In this document: one piece after another, positions 25,501-38,000 of the stretch
How the letters are laid out: every line of letters starts with the position of its first letter
Numbering within the stretch: the first letter of the stretch is position 1
From: Amphiscolops sp. MND2022
Lineage: Eukaryota
Assembly: GCA_964187785.1 (NCBI GenBank)
Contig: OZ076409.1
Span: 94,552,001 to 94,616,000 of the forward strand
Direction: 5' to 3'
DNA length: 64,000 nt
Program-made: the position numbers and the translations under genes
Notes under the pieces: generated by a model
What the model was told of the DNA's origin: nothing
The model's input: only the letters and a program-made list of their open reading frames with translations
Database searches by the model: none

Positions 25501-26545
25501 TTGCTCATGCATATTTAGTATGAGTATCAACTTTTGTGAAGATGAACTTTTACTTTTTGTTGTATCTATCTAATCAAAACACCAACACCCATTCATATTT
25601 TGAGTTTTATACTGATACTCTAGCTTTTTTATTTTGATTACAGGAGAGAATAGCGATGGCTTTTTTCAAATACTTGATTCCTTCAGAACTTTTCCTCACA
25701 TTATGAAAGATGTTTAGTTATTGAATTTAATAAAAATTATTTTTTAAACTTTTTTTCTTAGTTAGTGTTTCTTTCACCAAGGAGCTGCCTCATAGTAGTC
25801 TCAGTAAATCATTTTACTCTGTTCGTTTTTTTACTAAGAGCTCAGTCTTAGTGATCTCAGTGAATCAGGGCACTGATTTAGTATTTTTTATCAAGTGCTA
25901 CTTCTTGATAAGATTATAAATGCAATAATAAAAAAGACGTAAAGAAGATGTTAGTTTAAAATCAAAATTCTCTAAAAATAAAAATGGAGACTTGCTTAGT
26001 AAGAGTATAGATGGTTTTAAAAGAAAAAACAAATGTGAATACTGTAACCGTGAATTCATTAGAACAATTATAAAACATAGAAAAACAATTCATATAAATA
26101 AAATTCACTCAAGGAAACTTGATACAAATGATAATGATAAAATTGATACCCTTGGTGACACACATGATACAAAAGGTATTATCGCATTCTATAGAACAGT
26201 AGAAGTTGGTCCTTAATTTTGTGGTGAAACCTAATTTTTATCAAATTATTGATAATTCATTCGCTTTGATTACCCTGAACAACCAGAATGAAATTAAAAC
26301 TAGGTCTCCGGAACAAAGCAAAAACATAAAAACCAGTAGATTTTTCAGTGGACGAAGATGTAGAAGACAAAACCAAACAAGGTTTTTTAAAACTGTTGAG
26401 TTATATTTGATGAGATGGCAGATAGAATTCAAAACTGCATTGATCCGATTTTCAATAAAGCAAGACATGATGATTTAGATGTTTAATATTTATCACAATC
26501 TTAATTCGATTCACACAAAAATACAACTAGAAACAACTGTAACAT
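22501..26545. repeat. Tandem duplication, ~2020-bp unit (22501-24525 / 24524-26545)
   Basis: Paired ORFs offset by 2020-2023 bp (e.g. 23234/25255, 24186/26206). A few percent divergence. Junction aacAT|aatttc. Confidence 0.95.
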
Positions 26546-29500
26546 TACAATTTTGTTGAAAGATGTAAAAAAATATATAGTGAGACATACCTGGTTCTGA
26601 TATGTTTCGTGAAGATTTTAAACAATTGAGAAGTTGAGGGTAGATCATGAGTATTAAGGAAGTACTAGAATTCACCGGAAAGAAGTATTTATTTGGGCAG
26701 AGCATTATCAATGTCTTCGGGAACATCAGTAGTGGCGGTAAAAAACTTTATAATGTTTCTCCAAAATAAAACAGGAGAGTTTGACAAAGACGAATATAAG
26801 TTGAGCAATCGAGTAGTGTTTAGGTACAAGAGAAGTGTAGATAGAACGAGAGTGATCGTCAAGAGGAGATGCAACTAACGTATTCATTTTAGGTAAGAAA
26901 ATTTGCAACACTAGTAGTAATTGGAGTAGGAAGTTTTAATAAAGATTAGGTCGGGTTATTATAGGCAGAACGCATCAAATGTTGTTTTATGGGTCATCTT
27001 TTGTATATTGCCAAAAGTATGATGATGATTCAGTGAATAATGAGCGTGGTAGGAAAGAGGTGAGGTAATGTTTGGTTTTGAAAAAAAAACAATTCTGAGG
27101 ATGTTTTCGTTCAAAAAACAGTTGATACGTTCTGTGGTGGAGTTGCTTCACGGAAGGAGACGTGTTTTTTTCCATTGGATTTGTGTTGAGATCATGTGGA
27201 GTAGATTTCAACAAAAAAACAAATTGTAATAGAAAAAATACAAATGCGGTTGTTTTGCTTGAAGGAGAATTGTTCTAACGTTTTGGGAGCGTATGCGCCG
27301 TAGTGATCATAATTTCGGTTTTGAGGGATCCGAACCTTGAAGGTGACTGGAATCTTGTGTAGCGAAAGTAGGTTCGCTATAAAGTTAGGATGAGTACGGA
27401 GAAATTCATCGAGCACAGTGTTGGTTTGAGAAGGACGTTTTCATGTATGTAGACCAGGAGGAATCAGAAGAATTCTGGATTCAATCAAAACCGTCTGTGG
27501 CAGTATCGTTCAAGATGTTATCTTTTTTTGAGATGAAGTATATTCATCAATAGTGACTTTCAAATTGGTGGGTGGGAGAATAGGTCAGTGACGGTTTTTT
27601 AGAATTTACGAAAGAGGTTGAGAATTGATAGTGGAAGCATTAGGAGTTCGTTTTGAAGGACATGTTTGAGTGGTTGTAAAACTTTCAGGAGTTTGGTTTA
27701 GTTCAGAGGTGGTGGCCGGCTCAAGGACATGAGTTGGTAGTTCAAGAGTTCCTTATTTAGGAGAAAGAGGTGGAAACAGTTAAGCGATGCTGGACAAAAT
27801 TTCTTCGTCATTCCGCGGTGAAGTCATGATAAGAAGTTTATAGTTTAACAATACATGAAAAAAAGCAAAGATAGTTTTTTAATGAATACAGGATATAGGA
27901 ATGAGTCGAAAACAGTATGTTGAAACAATTATATCAATGCAAAAGGTAATATGGTGTGGAAACAATTCAAGTTCAAACTTTTGCAGTTGAAAAGGAAAAA
28001 ATATCGTCCTTTTTTATTGTAGGAAAAAGTAGATTGTTGAAACGATTTTGATTCAAGGAAACGTTAGATTGTTTAAAAAATGTTCGTTTTTTTATTTGTT
28101 AAATAAGAAAGCAGCTTTACAGAACTACAAGAAGAAAAAAGAGGTCAAAAGTCTTTAGATAGAAAGCCTGGAAAGCAAAAAGAACAAAACATTTTTAAAG
28201 GTCTTCCCGCAGGTGGATTAAATATACTGTTGACAGAGGTTAATGGAATTTTATTAAAGATCATCGTTGGTCGACTAGGAGGATAGCACTTTGTTGATTG
28301 CAAGCTTTGAAAAGTTTAGCTTTTGCACAAACAAAGACATTTGTGTTACCACAAGTGATTTCTAAGGAAGAAGGAGCATGAGTGCGGGGTTGAACACAAG
28401 TTAAACTTAATTGGCGAAGGTTATGTTCTTTAGAGCAATCAGAAAGAGAAACAACAAAGTCTGAAAGATGAGGTCCTTAAGGTCAACAAAATTTGTGTGA
28501 GAAACAGTAGAAGAGATATGTCCTAGAAAGTGAGGGAAAAAAGAACGCAGAAGGTGTAGTAGTTGGATGTGTTGAGAAAACATGAGTGGAAGGATTAAAG
28601 TTGTGCAGTATATTTCAAAAATGTGAGAGTGTAGAGGAAGGTAATAGATCCGTGAATTAGTCGAGATGGAGGATGCCGCTAACGGAAAGGTTTAACCTGG
28701 TTGCAATTAAAGGATAGGAAAGAGTTTTAATATTTACAGTGATATAAGAAGGATTAGGAGGTCAGCAGTTATTTCGAACTCAAGTTGGAGATTTGAGGTT
28801 TCTAAACGATGAAATTCTTTACGATGACATTCGCCTGAGATATTATTACCAGAATTAGGTTTATGATATGCAATGTTTAAAAATCTAGGATTTTCACCAG
28901 TATGAGTGGTGAGAAAATCCTAAGACATTATGCTCTGTTGCAATTGAGCTTTCCTCCGGAAAGGACCACACACCAGAAAAAGACGAACTGTTTCGAGTTT
29001 TAGCGGTACAGATGTGCTTTATCCGCTGATGTGTGGATACGCATCCCGAGAAACAAAAACCTGTTGTGATTTGGAAACAGAATTGGAAGAAACATCATCA
29101 TTCTCAATGGATTCCACTGGCGACTATGGTTTGAAAAAAATTCAAAAAGGGCCGTACAAAGATAGAAACGATAACAGTTCACGTACAGAAGTGTGTGTAC
29201 TAATTTTACACAAATCATTAGACTATGATGAAAAGGAAGAAAGTCGAGGTAGACCAAAGAAAACAATGCGTGGCACAAATTCAAAAAAAAACAGCTTGAA
29301 TGTCCAGAAAAGTCCAAAATGCGCTAAACGCTGTCACTTTGGACGGAAGGTGGATCACTTTCAAGGGAAACAAGAACCGCAGGTTAAATAGCAACAGTTC
29401 ACATGGTACTCCAAGAAATCGATTCAAGCAAAGTGAACGACAAAGGTCTGTCCATCTTTCAAAAACATTACTCTGTTTTATAAATGTGTCATACCATACT

Positions 29501-32246
29501 AAGTCAAAACCAGAATTATACTTTTTCGAATTCAACAGAACAGATTTGAAAAAATTCTGGTTTGAAATTTGAAAAAAAAATCATTTGATTCGAAAAAAGT
29601 TTTTGGTTTTTTTGATTGACTATAATTTTTACTAAAAACACCCTTGATCCATTGAACATGATCAGAATTCAAATGATTGATATGATTGAAATGACATTTT
29701 TACTGCCAGCGATCTGAATTTGCAAGTACGTTTAGTTTGAACGTGAAATTACCAACAATTGACGAGCAAATGTGATCTGTTTGAAAGGTGACACGCATGT
29801 AATTTGACCTGCGGAAGACAAGCAGATTTACTGGTATTTAGGGGCCAATAGTGGCGGTAGTCTTTCTAACGCATATGGTGGTGTAAAAGTTGATTCACAA
29901 AACATCCAAATTTCTTTTCTCATGCACTGTAAGCAGTTTTCAGCACGTTTTCAGCACAATAAAATGCTATTCAACATTGTAAAGGTATTCAAGCTTCACC
30001 TACTTTTCAGCAACAGTTTATTCCAGAGTATCAGTGACCACCAAGAACCAGAATGTTTCCAAAGATTGGAAAAAATGGTTCTCAAAGTTGATGAAAATCC
30101 TCAAGAAAAATTCAAAGATGCTTCTAAGTTTAATTGAACAATCACTCAACATAGAAAAATGGTAGACGAAGGGTTTTTGTTGAATCTAATCAAAGAGTTC
30201 GGTTGTAATTATACATCCTTTGATAAGTTAAAATTTATCGTTTTTAAAATGCGCTTCTGTAAATCCTTCAAACCAATTTTTGCTTTTCAAGTACTGATGT
30301 GTCTCGTTTTTCCGCGACAGATTATTATTTCATCATTGAATAGAAAGCTGATATTGGCAAATTTGTTGTTAGAATTTTCGGAAGTTTCATCCAAAGACAT
30401 GCTTGCATTTGTTCCTGGAGAATTTCTGTCTGCCTATTTTCAAAGACTCGTCAGCTTCGAACTTGATTCCGAGACGTTCTTCCTCCAGGCTTCCTGACAA
30501 AAAGAAGAAATATCAACAGAAAATTTTTTAGTTATTGCAGAGAGAAATTTGAGTTTGAATGAATTTTAAACACGTTTTGAGCTTGGCTATTATCAAATCT
30601 GTTTTATAAAGTCTCGTTTTGAGAATTGACTGGGACAAATTTTATAACCCAGTCAGTATTTGCAAAAGAATAATAGAGACAAAATCGTCATGGGGTCTTC
30701 GCGAAAGACAGTATAACTGAGCAAGATGTGAAAGTTGCAAGAATTTTGAGCATTGAAGCAAAGTATGACAAATTCAAGAACCCAAACGGTTTTGAAAAAG
30801 GTCGTTACATTAGACTTAGTAGGGGGCATATTGTCAGCTCACGTAACATCAGAAACTAAAAGATATATGAATAACCAGTTAATTTTTCGTTCAGCTGTTT
30901 TCTGACCTTGAATGCCGTACATCTAAGATGCTCAAATACAGTGTTGGCAGGTGCTTTGCTGTAAGGGCTATGCTAACAGACAAATGTAGTCACAACCTGT
31001 GTTGTTGTACCTGCGAACTTGCGTGTGGCGATGGCACTACGAAACCATAAAAGAACCGTGGAGAAAACCCGGGATTTTTTCTCCAAGCCGACAATCAAGC
31101 GGGAGCTCTTAGGTATTATATTTTTTTCAATCGACTACTCCTTGCAGCAGAAATGCATACACTTGAATTTATTCAGAACAGAACTTCTCTGTAGAGCGAT
31201 CACCCAAGACATGTCCCTATCAAAGGTGTTCGGAAGCTTCGAGAATATCCTAGCTCACATCAAACGTATCTTTCATTTTCATACTTTTAAGATTTCAATA
31301 TCACCATTTGCAATAATGTCGATGTCATGCCAGCGTGATGGAAATGTAATCTACTAAACATCTGTAAAGTTAAATACTATGTCATAGGTACATACTTATG
31401 GACAATATAGGGCCATATGATAAAAGCTATGGTTGTGCGCAACTCTACGTCTGTTTGTACTTAATCCCGTTTTCCACCTGTGCTTGAGTTACCTATTTAA
31501 TTACCTATTGAGCCCCCTTAATCTGGTGTTCGCAACTATGATCATTCAAGTAGCAAAATGCTAGTTTAGAATAATGGCGTGTCACAAAAGAGGAGAGAGT
31601 AGTTTTCAGTCAAACTGGACTGACGCAAATATAAAAAAGATGAACTATTTCGCTACCGACAGCAAGCTCCCGCCTCAGAGCGCAACTGTCTTGACATTCC
31701 CTCGCGAATTCATCCCATTGATTATTCTGATGAAAAATCGCAAAGATCATCCAATTTTCTTTGTCACTAACAACAATCAGAACTTTGCTAACGTCATCAC
31801 AGTTTAACTTCATCGTGAATCCATCAGCGGATTTGTAGTTGCTTTGAATAGCATATCCTTCAGCTGAAATAGCTTATTATATTCATCCGTAGAACATCTG
31901 ATCAGTTGATTTCACTTTTTCACGTCAGTATTGATTCGCCTAACCAATCATCAACCTCTTCTCGTTTCCCTACAAGCAAAAAACATCGATTTTACATCAC
32001 TTAAGGAAGATCAGAGTAGAAAGTTACTCTGACACAGCTAGAAGATATTTGCTTGTCAGGGAGTTGAGGAGACTTCATCTTAAAATTACCTACAAAAGAG
32101 TGGCGGATTAAAAATTTAAAGGTAAGTCATCGGTGCTCACAATAGCTGTGAGAATATACTTGTTGTTGTACTTGGTGTGAAAGTTCACCGCTTTTACATC
32201 ACCATGGTTACGAAAAAAATGCTGTGCTGGTAACTATTGGTGGTAA

Positions 32247-33126
32247 TGTGATGCAGTATGGAGATTTAGTTATCATGGTAATCCGGCATTGGCTCTGGAC
32301 ATCCAGCAGCAAATTGCGACATAGGTAGTCACACGACTACTTAATAACACCTGGAGAACCAACCAATGAGAAAGGACGATTGGTAGGAACTGTGCCTTAC
32401 TAACCAAGCGTAGTACGCAATTTGCTAAAGGAGCACCGCCAAATCGACTAGTAAAAAACTCATACTGCCTACTACAAGGTTGTTACTTTTTAGTTGTTTT
32501 CAGTCAGTTTTGCTACCTTTGACTTTTGAAATCTCAAACTTAAGCTGGCTAATCATTTCGCAATCCGGAGCTGAACTCGCTTCTTGCATTCCTGGTCTAA
32601 AAGATTCGCAGAGAGACCAGAGCAGTAAAATGTATTCGACAAGCAAGACAACAATTCATGGCATTCCGATCGTGAATAACATTATTATCAGTTTGTAACA
32701 GTTCAATTCATTTTAGTTCTAGATTAGTGAAATTTTCGGAAGATTAAATATCACTGTATTGAAAAATCATCGACATTCCAGTCCTTACTCAAAACAGTCT
32801 CTTGTTCAACATATGAGTTCAGAAGAAGGTACCAAACGTAGAAGCAGATGACTTCTTGATCTGACTCCTCATACACAATCCTCTGATTCCGTAATAGTTA
32901 CTGACCCCAGCACTGCAGACACCGAGTCAGTAGGAGGTTCTAGCGTTCTAGCGTGTTGTCCCAAATAGCTGAAATAAGAATAGCTACGAGAGGACGATTG
33001 ACGCGAGGAAGATCAGAAGTCGGTCAACTGAAGAACCTTATGCTAGTCATGAGGGAGAATTGTAGTAATTCAAACTCAAATGATCAAGGGCAAGATCCTC
33101 AAAGCAACCTACACGTAGTTCTGACA
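32247..33126 (+). mobile_element. Possible solo-LTR-like relic with a broken ORF (MSSEEGTKRRSR...EVGQLKNLMLVM...)
   Basis: TGTGA...TGACA candidate ends, CCAAT motif, and a decayed low-complexity ORF from 32813 to the putative end. No TSD seen. Confidence 0.3.
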
Positions 33127-33889
33127 GTCGACATATTCTTTTACAGTAATTCACGGTTGAAAGTTGCTCATTTTAATTTATGGCAGTGAAAGTGTGCGTT
33201 GAACAGGGGGTTTCCTAAACAATTTCGCCTTGCTCCAGAATTTAAATTTTGCTTTTTTCGTTTTGAAACGTATTCAAAAATCCGGACAACTTTCGCTTCA
33301 AGTGACTAAACAACTACTATGCAGACAATCGACAAGTATTTATGCCCATATCTGTAAGGGTTTAGATCCGCAGATTCTCTTAGAAAGCAGACCTACAATC
33401 CTTTTTCGCTAGTTTGGTGTTTACTCCAAGTAACTTTCCAGCAAGACCTTGATTGTTAGTGGACGTCCCAGACTCAGTGTCACTCTTTCTCGAAGAGAAA
33501 GCGCTTCCGTGTCGTTGACTTGCAGGGCTATTTATTGCGCTTACTAATTCTCTTTTAGTTTGTAGTTTTACCTCCTAGGATTACATCTATGTTCCCATAA
33601 ACAGACATGACGTCCATTTCCTTCGATCGCCTAGCTTTTGCTTCCTGTCTCCTTGTCGAAGGCATAAAAAATATTTCAGAAACGTAAAATTTCGTTTTCC
33701 TGAGTAGTTTTTATGATCAACTTTTAGCTCAACGTTTTCAAACAAGTTGGAATACTAATATGAGCTCATTCTGTCAAGGAGTTCTGGGGCAGGCTATATA
33801 AACTACCAGATGTATGATTTTTGAAATATTGAAGGTCATTATGCTAAATTTAGCACCTCATGGCTCTAAAAACCCATTTACTCTAGTTT

Positions 33890-34325
33890 GAACAAGCCGG
33901 GAACAGCATAAGTCGGCGCCACATCTAAGGCTGACAAATAGCTATAGGATTTAGTGTCAAAAGGAATTAAGTGTTAAGTGTCAATTATTCTCTTCCTGTA
34001 CCCGAAAACACCAAACGCTGAACCGCTATATTTTGCGCGCTAAAAGTGGGGACCTTTTCGCATTTTTAGCATCCATTATTGCAAAACATCAAAAAACTTG
34101 GGGAAGGTTTTTTCAAAAAAGTCCCACAATGCCAAAACAAGTGAGAGGGGGAACCCTTTAGTCTTGTATAATTCTTGTATTTTCTTGTATAATACGCGGC
34201 AAAAGAGGAAAATCTTTCCTAGATGTATTATGAAATATTTTGGTCGGTTCGTGTGGATTGAAAAAAAAATAGACAAAAATGTCACTACAATAGTCGCGTT
34301 CCACTTCAAGAAGCGCCAGCTCAAA
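33890..34325 (-). mobile_element. Diverged HINE copy
   Basis: 3' end aacaagccgggaacagcataagtcggcgccacatctaaggct at 33891; degenerate 5' hairpin end gtcactacaatagtcgcg...gaagcgccagct at ~34281-34321. Confidence 0.65.
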
Positions 34326-35029
34326 GGCTACCTATGCCTCACAGAAAAATTCGACTTGAAGGAAACTACAATATATCTTTGATGTAATCATGATTCAACA
34401 CTACAAGTAGTATACAGTGGCACTTCATGTGTTTGTTTCAACACCATGTCTATACACAAATTCATGGCACACTACAACCCAATACGGCCAAATTTATGTT
34501 ATCGGGCTAATTAACGCCTTCAGCATCTGAAATAAGCCTCAAAATTAGAATAAAAGATAAATTATCGATCAGCGCTATTATGGTTTAAGGCTACGATTTT
34601 CATCATCTAAATATCAAGAAATCTTGATTAAGTAACATCGTTTTCTAATAACGCTACAATTTTGTCACATCCCGCTCCCGGACTACTGATTTGTGGGCGC
34701 ACGCGAGTAGATGCTGGGAGAGGTCATGGCTGCGGATCGAGATTTCCAAGATGGTACTTAAACTGTTACACTGAAACTTTAATCGAAATAAACTGTGACT
34801 AAGAACAAGAATCACGCGCCCATTTTGCGCAAACCTTATATGAAAATGAATGCTAGAAAACTGAAAAAGACTAAAATGATTTCACTAAGACTAAAAATGA
34901 TCTTCCGCTAAGACGATTGCGCGTGTTGCGATGAAAACATTCTCCACCTGAAAACTAAATTAAAATGCGTCTTGAAATAGAGACCATAGGCTAATCTAAA
35001 CGAAAACCCTATATGAAGTCAGTTCTAAG

Positions 35030-38000
35030 TGAAAACATCATTCAGATCTTTAAAAAAATCATACATAAGATGATCACGTCAAGAAAATACTCAATAGAGC
35101 GTATGTGGAAGATCAACCATATAATGATATAGTACTCCACCTGGAGAAAAAAACCTTCGTACTGCCACGCCAGACGAAGTAACGCTCGTCCCTTTAAAGA
35201 TTGAGGCAACGCAGCCCCATGCCAAAGCAAAACAGGCAAAAAACAGGACTCAAAACACCAAAAAGAGGTTTTGCTTCTATTGTAATAAGGTTGGCCACTT
35301 TAAAGGAGAATGCCGAAAAATGAAACGAGATAAAAGGCAACAAACTCGAAAAATCAACGGCCAAGCTAATGCCAGTCCAGGCAATACGCTCAAATGCGAC
35401 ACTTGCGGTAAACCCCCACAAAACAGAAGGTTGTTGGAAGGGATCCAACGCCGCCAACGATCCACGACCCAAGCGCCACAACCAACAAGAACAAAAAACG
35501 GATCTTTCCGTCCAATCTACGACAACCAAAACTGTCGAAGGATCAAAAAACTAAATACGCCGCTTCTGGGCTTCGGGAAAACAGTAGACTCGAGGGCGTA
35601 TTCAATAGAAGATCCCACCACTGAATATCCCAACAACTCAACAACGAAGCGCAATGGAACCCCAACAGAAGACTGGCTAAGACATCAGGCAATCGCAACA
35701 ATAAAAAGACATAAAAACCAAAAACGAACAACAAAAAGAATACCCAGGATGGATCAAGGAGTGCGACGATCAGTAGATGACAACTGAAAGACCATTCCCA
35801 GAATCAAATCAAGAAAGAGTCTACGTTTTCGACACAGATGTGACCCCTGGGATAGGCCAGGCCTATATGACCAGTCTTCCCTCACATTCAGAGACCAACA
35901 CATTGCTCCCACTGTGGATCAAACTGAAAACGCCCATAACGTGTAACCTACGTCACAACCACCCAAGGAACAAAATAACTGCTCCAACAGGAAATCTATC
36001 TCCCCAGCTGACTTCCCTATCTCACTTGACTCCATCAAGTAATACATAACTAAAAACGATGGAGACGTGTGCTTGGCCCCTCCACTCAACCATATCACTC
36101 AAAAAACGAAGAAGAATGCTGTACCTGCCGCTCGCATTACGACGCCAAAGTTTGAAATTTTCAAATTTTCATGAATCGAGAAAAGTGGTTTTTTAACGCA
36201 GCGAAGTGAATTTTTGCTCGATTCTTGAAAATTGAACTTCAAAGGAAATGTTTATGCCGTCTATTAAAGTCAAGAATCGAGAAAACAACAGTGCGCATGT
36301 ATCTCCACCAATTTCAAGAATCGAGAAAAAAACATTTGAGAATCTAGACACTAATGTTATTACATGGAGATAATGTATTAACATTAGTTTGTCGGTTCTC
36401 GAAATTTTGTCGATTCTTGGAAAGTTTATGGATTCTTGGGAAACGTCTGAAGTCTTAGATAAATTCCCCGAATTCTGATTCAAATGTTTTAATAGTGCAA
36501 TTTATTGATTATTTGATGATTATTTATTCATCAAAGAAACGGACGAACCCTTGTTAAAATTATAATAAAGTTTTAAAATGATCGCTCGGGTTAAATTATT
36601 CTAAACCAGCCAGGTTCTAAGGTGTTGAAATGATTTTTTTTTGAGAATTTCACTAGAATTTTTGAAAGAGTTTTTTTCAGTAGAGGTTCTTTTCTCAACC
36701 AGGAGCAGATTCATCAGAGCTTTTTACTTCGTAACTTGTCAAAAGCAACTTGTCAAAAATTTCTAAACCGTGAGTAACAAAATTGATGAAATGTTTTGAA
36801 GAATTGAAATATATGTTTCAAGGATTCATATAAATTTGTGGAATCAACATAAAATTCAAGAATCGAGAAAAATAGCTAGTAGCTGTTTGTCTCGATTCTT
36901 GAAACTTTCACCGTTCTTGCTTGCTATGCAATATATTTAATTCAAGAATCGGGAAAAATCCTCCACTTGTTTTCGCTTAGCTTTTCGCGATTCTTGAAAA
37001 CTCTATGTATTAGCATTAGTTCAAGAAATCTGAAATCACTACAACGAAATCGTTGTAGTTCAGGTTTTTCCCACTTTGGCGTCGTAATGCGAATTTGGCG
37101 AAATAACTATGGACGGACTTGTCGACTCAGGAGCGTTCATCAATGCAATGTCTTGGTCAGGCTACAACGCAATTAAGATGAACAGCGACAGCTGCGTCAT
37201 CAAGGAATACCCTCAACCACCCTTGAAAATAGAATGCACAAACGCCCAACTGGAACAATCTATAGTCAGAGTTGATATCCAATTCAACATCGGGACCAAC
37301 ACATTCACGGACACATTTGTCATACTCCCAAAGACGTCCTTCCCCATAATAGGACTAAACTTCATGAGAAACCACCAACCTGTGATCGACACAGCAAATA
37401 GGACCAATAATTTTTCTCACCTCGAGATGACGTTGGCAATGTCTGATGAGATGAAAAATTGCAACAAAAACTGCTCCAAGTACTCACAGAAGGGAACCAA
37501 ATGCTGCCATCGCAATAAACAACTACGGTGATTGCAGTGGTAATTACCACCAACACAAATGACATCACGGGAGCGATACAGTCACTACCACAATTTGACG
37601 AAAGAGCCACCATCATCGTCGCCTCAGCATTGGCAACGGCCCACAACAAACGAGTCAACATTTAAATGGCCAATTTGACGGACTTCCCCTACACTATCAA
37701 AAATCATACAAAACTGGCTGAACTCCAAATTCTTAAACCAGAACATACAAAACAAATACGACCTATTGTCGCAGCCGTTTTAAAACTACCGCAAGATCTC
37801 GAAAACACCCACATGTACGTCACCGACCTCATGAAGTTCAATGAAAACAAACAAAAGAATGAAAATCGCTGGTTCCCCACGCTGGAAAACCCGGGGAACG
37901 AAGAAGAACACACGCTCATACAACGACGAATAATGAAAGAAATCCGTGAAATTATCAACAAAGAAGAGTTAGATCCAACCAAAGATGCAGAATCAAGATA

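Noticed and set aside
29000..29570. ORF fragments possibly related to Polinton accessory genes (also 53400-54100)
   Set aside because: No diagnostic motif recognisable.
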